This document shows positions 1-5,348 of a DNA stretch of 28,348 nucleotides, one piece after another. The DNA is from an uncultured virus (IMG/VR IMGVR_UViG_3300048911_000053) (taxonomy: Duplodnaviria; Heunggongvirae; Uroviricota; Caudoviricetes), in the IMG/VR virus record IMGVR_UViG_3300048911_000053; one strand, given 5' to 3'. Position 1 is the stretch's first letter. Each line of letters opens with the position of its first letter. The translations under genes were made by a program, and so were the position numbers. The notes beneath the pieces were generated by a model. That model had not been told where the DNA came from. It saw only the letters and a list, made by a program, of their open reading frames with translations, and did not search any database.

Positions 1-1
1 T

Positions 2-397
2 GAGATTAAAGTGATTGAGTCTTATCTTCCTAAACAACTCACTGAGTATGAGATAAAGAATCAAGTTTCAGTTGCTCGTTCTCTCGGTTGTAATGATGTT
101 GGAGCAATCATGGGTTTCTTTAAGAAGCAACATAGTGGCCGGTACGATGGAGCACTTGTGAGTAAGTATGCAAAAGGCTTCACCCTTATTGAGCTGTTGA
201 TAGGTACTGCCATAATTGGAATTGTTGGCGTTATCTTTGTTGGTGCAGTCAAAGGAACTCAGGATAACAACCTGACATACGGCATTAATGGTTTTGTGGA
301 AACACGTTGTATCAGTGGATATCAGTTTACGGTTGGTGAGCGAGGCCATGTTCATCAAATCTATGATGAGAATGGCCGAGGATTGCCTTGTAAGTAA
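2..397 (+). CDS. 5'-truncated YqeY/GatB-like protein running in frame into a prepilin-like (type IV pilin N-terminal motif) segment
   Basis: Frame is open from the window edge (GAG ATT AAA GTG). IESYLPKQLT..EI..V....GAIMG..K...GRYDG..VS resembles the YqeY C-terminus. It is followed by KGFTLIELLIGTAIIGIVGVIFV (prepilin peptidase motif G|FTLIE plus hydrophobic helix). Confidence 0.65.
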   Translation, partial: EIKVIESYLPKQLTEYEIKNQVSVARSLGCNDVGAIMGFFKKQHSGRYDGALVSKYAKGFTLIELLIGTAIIGIVGVIFVGAVKGTQDNNLTYGINGFVETRCISGYQFTVGERGHVHQIYDENGRGLPCK

Positions 398-423
398 TTA
401 TTCAATTAACGAGAGAAAAGAAT

Positions 424-663
424 ATGTTTAAACATGAACTCGGAAGAAAGGCTGAATCAATAGCTACTGGTTTGAAAGGTGTTCTGACATCCCGCTCAGA
501 AAATCTCTATGGCTGTAATCGTTATTTCATTCAACCGCGTGTAGGGCAAGAGCAGAAAATCCCTGAAGGCTGGTGGATAGATGAAGATGACATCATCACG
601 CATGAAGAAATAGTTAAACGAGAAGTTAAAACAACTGGTGGACCAATGAGCCAGAAGTGTTGA
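424..663 (+). CDS. hypothetical phage protein
   Basis: 79-aa ORF with purine-rich RBS (GAGAG) upstream; fills the gap before the RNA array. Confidence 0.7.
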   Translation: MFKHELGRKAESIATGLKGVLTSRSENLYGCNRYFIQPRVGQEQKIPEGWWIDEDDIITHEEIVKREVKTTGGPMSQKC

Positions 664-672
664 TCTAAGTTT

Positions 673-807
673 TGCATCCTTACAGCAAACAATCTTCTAT
701 CCATGTGGAGGACGTAGGGTTGGTTCGAATCCAACCTCCCCGGTCTAGCGGGGAGTAGTGTAGTGGTAGCACGCGTAAAGAGATGGTGGTAATCCACTAA
801 GGATGCA
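673..807 (+). ncRNA. TACAGCAA-motif RNA unit 1 enclosing a circularly permuted tRNA (Y-RNA/YrlA-like architecture)
   Basis: Terminal helix TGCATCCTTA(673-682)/TAAGGATGCA(798-807). T arm GTTGG-TTCGAAT-CCAAC (719-735). Loop-closed acceptor stem CTCCCCG(736-742)/CGGGGAG(749-755). TA, then D arm GTGT-AGTGGTA-GCAC (758-772). Confidence 0.8.
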
Positions 808-907
808 GTAGTTTGGCCCGAATAGCGCGTAAGTCTTTGTTGTTAGCTTACCGGCAACAATAAAGCGCCGAAAACGTATTCGATGAAAGGTCGAAAGGGC
901 AGATTAT
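808..907 (+). ncRNA. putative structured RNA between units 1 and 2
   Basis: GCCC(816-819)/GGGC(897-900) extended by wobble-rich GTAGTTT/AGATTAT. Inner hairpins CTTTGTTGTT(835-844)/AACAATAAAG(856-865) and TTCGA(879-883)/TCGAA(891-895). No credible ORF. Confidence 0.45.
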
Positions 908-910
908 TTT

Positions 911-1030
911 TGGATGACTACAGCAAACAAACAGCCTATTAAGCCGTGGGTCGTAGGTTCGAGTCCTGCCTCCGTAACTGTAATCGGTACGGTGTAGCTC
1001 AGTTGGTAGAGCAACGTAAATGTTCATCCA
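911..1030 (+). ncRNA. TACAGCAA-motif RNA unit 2 enclosing a circularly permuted tRNA (Asn/Lys-like)
   Basis: Terminal helix TGGATGA(911-917)/TCATCCA(1024-1030). Variable loop GGGTC, T arm GTAGG-TTCGAGT-CCTGC (953-969). Acceptor CTCCGTA(970-976)/TACGGTG(988-994) with 6 of 7 pairs. D arm GCTC-AGTTGGTA-GAGC (997-1012). Confidence 0.8.
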
Positions 1031-1075
1031 GTTAACCTAAACATAAATTTAAATAGAGAGAAGCAAAGAAGGGAA

Positions 1076-2371
1076 ATGAAGAATTATATTGGTTTAGTAA
1101 ATGATCATTCTGGTTCAATGAGTCATTTGGCAAAAGCAGCAGCAAGTGATTACAACACAAACATCACTGCAATCAAAGATGCAGCAAGTCGTGAGATGTT
1201 GGATACCGTAGTTTCTGTGGTTGGTATTGGCCTCAGTAACAATGGTCATGGTGTGGTACGTCAAGTTCAAATCTCCAATCCGCATGTATTGAAACCTATT
1301 CAATCATGGCCGACTCCCGGTGGTACTCCTTTATGGGATGGTGTTGGTGAAATGATTGAATTGTTTGAATCCTTACCGGATGCAAATTCTCCTGATGTGT
1401 CGTTTCTTGTGATCACGACGACTGATGGTGAGGAGATGCATTCAACTCGATACACACGCTATTCATTGGCTGCGAAGATTCAATCATTGCAACAATCTGG
1501 TCGTTGGACATTTGTGTTCCGCGTACCGAAGGGTAATCGTAATTCCCTGAATGGTCTTGGTGTTCCTATCGATAACATCCAAGAGTGGGAAACAACTGCA
1601 ACGGGTATTGCAAAATCAACCGTAGCAACAACTCAGGCAATGGATAACTACTTCACTACACGTTCTGCTGGTGCTCGTTCATCGAATGCCTTTTATGCAA
1701 ATGCGAGTTCAGTGAATACATCTGCATTGAAAGATATCAGCAGTGATGTTTCGTTATACATCGTAGCGGATAGTCAAATGGGTATGGAGATTCGTGAATT
1801 TATTCTGACGAAACGTATGGAATATTTAAAAGGATCAGCGTTCTACCAATTGACTAAGACTGAAGCACGAGTACAACACGATAAATTGATTATTGTTCGT
1901 GACCGTACCACTGGTGCTTTCTATGCCGGTAAAGCCGCTCGTGGAATGATTGGTTTACCAACAGACCGTAATGCACGTCTACATCCCGATGATCATGGCA
2001 ACTTTGATATTTTCATTCAAAGTAAAAGCGTCAATCGTAAATTGGTTGCTGGAACAGGCGTCGTATATTGGGCTGCAATTGGTACGCCATTTACTGAAGC
2101 TGATCTTGAATATCTGAAGCCGAAGGTTGCGAATGGTGTTGTGCAGTTGCCTACTGTGGCTCCGACGAATCGACCAACCCCGAGTCCGATTCCGAAGAAA
2201 GTTGCCGTGAAGATGTCCTCGGCGGCTAGTATTAATGGTCGTCCAGTGAAGTGTTTCCGTACTCGTGACGAAGCTCGCGACTACGCTCGTCCACTAGGGA
2301 AGGTTGTTAAAGACATTAACGAATTCAGTTCAGTTTTTAACGCCACAGGCCGTTGGTTCGTATTTATTTAA
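1076..2371 (+). CDS. von Willebrand factor A (vWA) domain protein with additional C-terminal domains
   Basis: MIDAS elements IGLVNDHSGSM (DxSxS), GGTPLWDGV and ITTTDGEE; Pro-rich linker PTVAPTNRPTPSPIP near the C-terminus. Confidence 0.8.
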   Translation: MKNYIGLVNDHSGSMSHLAKAAASDYNTNITAIKDAASREMLDTVVSVVGIGLSNNGHGVVRQVQISNPHVLKPIQSWPTPGGTPLWDGVGEMIELFESLPDANSPDVSFLVITTTDGEEMHSTRYTRYSLAAKIQSLQQSGRWTFVFRVPKGNRNSLNGLGVPIDNIQEWETTATGIAKSTVATTQAMDNYFTTRSAGARSSNAFYANASSVNTSALKDISSDVSLYIVADSQMGMEIREFILTKRMEYLKGSAFYQLTKTEARVQHDKLIIVRDRTTGAFYAGKAARGMIGLPTDRNARLHPDDHGNFDIFIQSKSVNRKLVAGTGVVYWAAIGTPFTEADLEYLKPKVANGVVQLPTVAPTNRPTPSPIPKKVAVKMSSAASINGRPVKCFRTRDEARDYARPLGKVVKDINEFSSVFNATGRWFVFI

Positions 2372-2390
2372 TGAATGTAATAAATAATAC

Positions 2391-2418
2391 TTGCAAAGTA
2401 TAATAAATGTGGTATGAT
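2391..2418 (+). promoter_or_regulatory. sigma70-like promoter upstream of RNA unit 3
   Basis: TTGCAA(2391-2396), 16-nt spacer, extended -10 TG-G-TATGAT (2410-2418); AT-rich upstream tract. Confidence 0.6.
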
Positions 2419-2433
2419 GGTTACATGAAGTTT

Positions 2434-2497
2434 TGGAAGCGTACAGCAAACCCTTTAAACATTTGGTCAAAAACTGAAAACGTTGAAAAGGCTTCCA
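2434..2497 (+). ncRNA. TACAGCAA-motif RNA unit 3 (minimal form)
   Basis: TGGAAGC(2434-2440)/GCTTCCA(2491-2497) helix, TACAGCAAAC at 2442, flanks TTTG and CAGT as in the other units. Confidence 0.65.
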
Positions 2498-2503
2498 GTT
2501 AGT

Positions 2504-2625
2504 TTTGTAGTAGGCACAAAGGCTGATCTATTAAAGCCAACTGTGTGGGTAGGAATATTTGGGACTTACGCTCGTAAGTAATAGGTTATGAAAGGAAGAT
2601 AACCCAGCCAACCCATTACTACAAA
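2504..2625 (+). ncRNA. multi-stem structured RNA (~120 nt, GTAGT...ACTAC type)
   Basis: Terminal helix TTTGTAGTAG(2504-2513)/TTACTACAAA(2616-2625). Inner stems GCACA/TGTGT, GGCT/AGCC, GGGT/ACCC, ACTTAC/GTAAGT, GGTTAT/ATAACC. Confidence 0.6.
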
Positions 2626-2748
2626 TAAAGAAGCCATACTAGGTTGGTAAAGTCTTCGGCGCGTTGAGACTGGTTATTCTTTAGTGAATATCCTCTTAAT
2701 CACGGAGCATCAAATTCAAAGTGTGCATAACAGGAAAAGGCTAAGAAA

Positions 2749-3189
2749 ATGTCAAATGGTGAAATGTTAAATCGAATGCTAGTGCTTGCAACAAACGCTC
2801 ACGCTGGCCAGTTTGATAAAGGTGGTAAACCCTACATTCTCCACCCTTTAAAGGTTATGCACATGCTTAGATCAGATGATGAGGAGCTGAATTGCATTGC
2901 TCTTGGTCACGATCTTATTGAAGATACAAAGATAGCTATTAGCGAACTCCATACAAATTTTAGTGATCGCATCGTAAAAGGGATTGCTAATTTAACAAAG
3001 TTCAAAGGAGAGTCATACGAGAAGTACATCGACAATATTCTACGGAATAGAGATGCTATTCAAGTAAAGATGTGTGATTTACGACATAACTCAGATTTGC
3101 GTCGTCTGAGAGGAGTTACACAGAAAGACCTTGAAAGGGTGGGGCGTTACTGCGCTTTCTACAAAGTGTTGGAAGAAGCCCTTAAATAG
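2749..3189 (+). CDS. HD-domain hydrolase, RelA/SpoT (small alarmone hydrolase / Mesh1-like) type
   Basis: Motifs AHAGQFDKGGKPYILHP, ALGHDLIEDT, VKMCDLRHN. Confidence 0.85.
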   Translation: MSNGEMLNRMLVLATNAHAGQFDKGGKPYILHPLKVMHMLRSDDEELNCIALGHDLIEDTKIAISELHTNFSDRIVKGIANLTKFKGESYEKYIDNILRNRDAIQVKMCDLRHNSDLRRLRGVTQKDLERVGRYCAFYKVLEEALK

Positions 3190-3192
3190 TTT

Positions 3193-3250
3193 TGGATCAT
3201 TACAGCAAACAAAAACGCTAACCATTGTCTCTAGCGAGAAAGTTGATCCA
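3193..3250 (+). ncRNA. TACAGCAA-motif RNA unit 4 (minimal form)
   Basis: TGGATCA(3193-3199)/TGATCCA(3244-3250) helix, TACAGCAAAC at 3201, inner hairpin CGCTA(3216-3220)/TAGCG(3232-3236). Confidence 0.65.
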
Positions 3251-3259
3251 GTTGATTTA

Positions 3260-3383
3260 GTAGTGACACGGGCCGCATAAAAGTTGTACACGGCTTGCAC
3301 GGTGACGACAGTGACCTGGAAAGTAAAGCGAAGGGTGCTCTGTGAGCAAGGCATCACCATTAGCGTTTGGATACTGTCACTAC
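3260..3383 (+). ncRNA. multi-stem structured RNA (~124 nt, GTAGT...ACTAC type)
   Basis: Perfect 9-bp terminal helix GTAGTGACA(3260-3268)/TGTCACTAC(3375-3383). Inner stems GCCG/CGGC, GCTC/GAGC, GGTG/CACC. GC-richer than its flanks. Confidence 0.55.
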
Positions 3384-3391
3384 ATCTAATT

Positions 3392-3473
3392 TGAATGAGT
3401 ACAGCAACTAAACCGGGTTAAAGACGAGGGCATTAACGCCCAAGTCGAGTGGGTTCAAGCCCCACACCATTCA
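3392..3473 (+). ncRNA. TACAGCAA-motif RNA unit 5 with tRNA-like T arm
   Basis: TGAATG(3392-3397)/CATTCA(3468-3473) helix, TACAGCAAC at 3400, hairpin GGGC-ATTAAC-GCCC (3428-3441), T arm GTGGG-TTCAAGC-CCCAC (3449-3465). Confidence 0.7.
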
Positions 3474-3491
3474 GTGAGAGAGAAAACAAAA

Positions 3492-4892
3492 ATGAGTAAA
3501 TTAGTGAAAGCAATACAATCGAATAACAATGTCACCGCTACCACAAATGGTATGAAGGCATATAAAACAGCAGGCTCCGCAATCGTTGACTTATTTGGAT
3601 CAATTGGTTCAAGCCGAGGTAACGATCTTGCACCGATGTTCTATGCAGCAGTGAGTGAGGATCAAGACCTTGCCTATCGAGTGTTGCAATACGCTCGTGA
3701 CATCCGTGGTGGCATGGGTGAGCGTGAAATGTTCCGGGCAATTCTTAAAAAGATTGCCATCGTTGATTACGAATTAGCAGTACGCCTCTTGCCAAAAATT
3801 CCGGTGATTGGTCGTTGGGATGATGTATTGGTACTGCTCTGGACGCCGGCCGAAAGAGAGGCCATAGAACTGATTAGGGAAGCTTTGGAGCAACGTAACG
3901 GTCTATGCGCTAAATGGATGCCACGCAAGGGTAATGAGGCTGCAAAGCTTATACAGACGCTTGGATGGTCATTGAAGTTCTACCGGAAGACCGTAGTAGG
4001 CGCAAGCAACACAGTTGAACAATTGATGTGTGCTAACAAGTGGAATGATATTGAGTTTAGTAAAGTTCCATCAGTAGCTTCAGCTCGATACCAGAAAGCA
4101 TTTGGGCGTCGTGCTCCAGAGCGTTATTCCGCATACCTTGCTGCACTTGAAAAAGGTGAAACCAAGATCAATGCGGGTGCAGTGTATCCATATGATGTTC
4201 TGAAGTCGGTACTTCTCGGTAATGCACGAGTTGCTGATCAACAGTGGAAAGCACTTCCTGACTACATGCCTGAAGGTGTGAATATCCTTCCTGTGATTGA
4301 TGTATCAAGTTCGATGCACTGTCCTATCGGTGGTTCTAAGGGCGTGGGAATGGATTGTATGCATATGGCTATCAGCTTAGGTATGTATTTGTCCGAACGT
4401 AACAAAGGTATTTTCAAAGATGCCTTCATCACGTTCCATAATCATCCTGAGTTGAGAGTGATGCATTCTCCAAACCTCTCTGGTCGATACAGTGAGGTTA
4501 AGAGTAGTCCGTGGGGCGGAAGTACGAATTTACTGTCTTCATTTAAATTGATTCTGGATGCAGCCGTAACAAATAAATTAGATCAGGAAGATTTACCAAC
4601 ACACTTGGTGATCTTGTCAGACATGCAATTCAATTCAGCTTGTCATTCAGGCGACAGTGCTGTCGAAGCAGCCCGAAGAATGTTTACGGAAGCTGGATAC
4701 ACATGCCCGCAACTGATCTTCTGGAATCTGAATGCAATGTATGACAACACGCCCGTCAAAGTTAATGATGAAGGTGTTGCATTGGTCAGTGGATTCAGTC
4801 CAGCAATTATGAAAAGTGTAATGGCGAGTAAGGTGATCAGTCCTTTGGATATGATTAAAGAATTAGTTTGTATTGAACGGTACGATTGGTAA
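3492..4892 (+). CDS. DUF2828-family protein (Ro60/TROVE-like helical domain + C-terminal vWA domain)
   Basis: Family-like motifs TTNG, RDIRGGMGER, GRWDD, AKWMPR, FSKVPSVA, AGAVYPYDV, DVSSSM (MIDAS), WGGSTN, ILSDMQF, IFWNL, ALVSGFS. ATG 3492 preferred to GTG 3474 because it has a GAGAGAG RBS and lies outside RNA unit 5. Confidence 0.85.
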   Translation: MSKLVKAIQSNNNVTATTNGMKAYKTAGSAIVDLFGSIGSSRGNDLAPMFYAAVSEDQDLAYRVLQYARDIRGGMGEREMFRAILKKIAIVDYELAVRLLPKIPVIGRWDDVLVLLWTPAEREAIELIREALEQRNGLCAKWMPRKGNEAAKLIQTLGWSLKFYRKTVVGASNTVEQLMCANKWNDIEFSKVPSVASARYQKAFGRRAPERYSAYLAALEKGETKINAGAVYPYDVLKSVLLGNARVADQQWKALPDYMPEGVNILPVIDVSSSMHCPIGGSKGVGMDCMHMAISLGMYLSERNKGIFKDAFITFHNHPELRVMHSPNLSGRYSEVKSSPWGGSTNLLSSFKLILDAAVTNKLDQEDLPTHLVILSDMQFNSACHSGDSAVEAARRMFTEAGYTCPQLIFWNLNAMYDNTPVKVNDEGVALVSGFSPAIMKSVMASKVISPLDMIKELVCIERYDW

Positions 4893-5119
4893 TGAAAGTA
4901 GCAACGCTGATTTTTCTAGTACTACTTTGGTTGTTTCTTGTTAGTCAGATTTTCTGGCCTACAGTGAAAGGAACAAAATTGTTCCCTGCATTTAGTGGTC
5001 GCAGGAAACTTCTTGATAACACTTTGACTGAATTAAATGAAGTTGAAGAACAGATTTTGATAGAAAAACAAATTAAACAAAAGACAGAAGCTCTAAATAA
5101 ACTAAAAGGAGAAGCATGA
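4892..5119 (+). CDS. small membrane protein with coiled-coil tail
   Basis: N-terminal hydrophobic helix; ATG overlaps the upstream stop (TAATG). Confidence 0.7.
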   Translation: MKVATLIFLVLLWLFLVSQIFWPTVKGTKLFPAFSGRRKLLDNTLTELNEVEEQILIEKQIKQKTEALNKLKGEA

Positions 5120-5325
5120 GACATAAACACAAAGGTAAACCATCGATGCCTATTACAGCGCCGGGTATTCATTTTATCACTGAAACCGGAAGAGTGATTC
5201 GTTATCCAAGTCTTGCTACAGATAGTCACACTTATCATGCAACGAAGGGTTGGCGTAAGAATAGACGGGATACACGAGCGGGTTCTGAAGTAATCGGTGC
5301 TCTTATGGCACGAGCATTTAATTAA
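5116..5325 (+). CDS. small basic hypothetical protein
   Basis: ATGA overlap with the upstream gene, GGAG RBS, 69 aa. Confidence 0.65.
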   Translation: MRHKHKGKPSMPITAPGIHFITETGRVIRYPSLATDSHTYHATKGWRKNRRDTRAGSEVIGALMARAFN

Positions 5326-5348
5326 TCAAACAACATTGAGAGGAAGGT

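Noticed and set aside
700..776. Canonical tRNA gene (His/Pro) suggested by GGTTCGAATCC and AGTGGTA
   Set aside because: The T arm precedes the D arm, the acceptor stem is loop-closed and there is no CCA; reported as a permuted tRNA-like RNA instead
875..900. Hammerhead ribozyme core (GATGA...GAAA)
   Set aside because: Lacks CTGATGA (reads TCGATGA) and I could not build stems I and III
934..1016. Two adjacent tRNA pseudogene fragments (a 3' half then a 5' half) from a decayed tRNA cluster
   Set aside because: The halves are complementary to each other (acceptor and anticodon stems match) and are enclosed by the conserved covarying helix, which random decay would not produce twice
2640..2720. 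Short hairpins AGTCT/AGACT and TATTC/GAATA upstream of the HD gene
   Set aside because: Only 5-bp stems with no clear terminal helix or shared motif; too weak to call
671..3475. CRISPR array, or phage promoter/operator repeats, based on the recurring TACAGCAAAC
   Set aside because: Spacing is irregular, the constant part is only 8-10 nt, no cas genes are present, and the variable bases covary with a distant 3' strand, indicating RNA structure rather than a DNA site
3474..3491. GTG start for the DUF2828 gene from the ORF track
   Set aside because: Overlaps the CAGT end of RNA unit 5 and lacks an RBS; ATG 3492 has one
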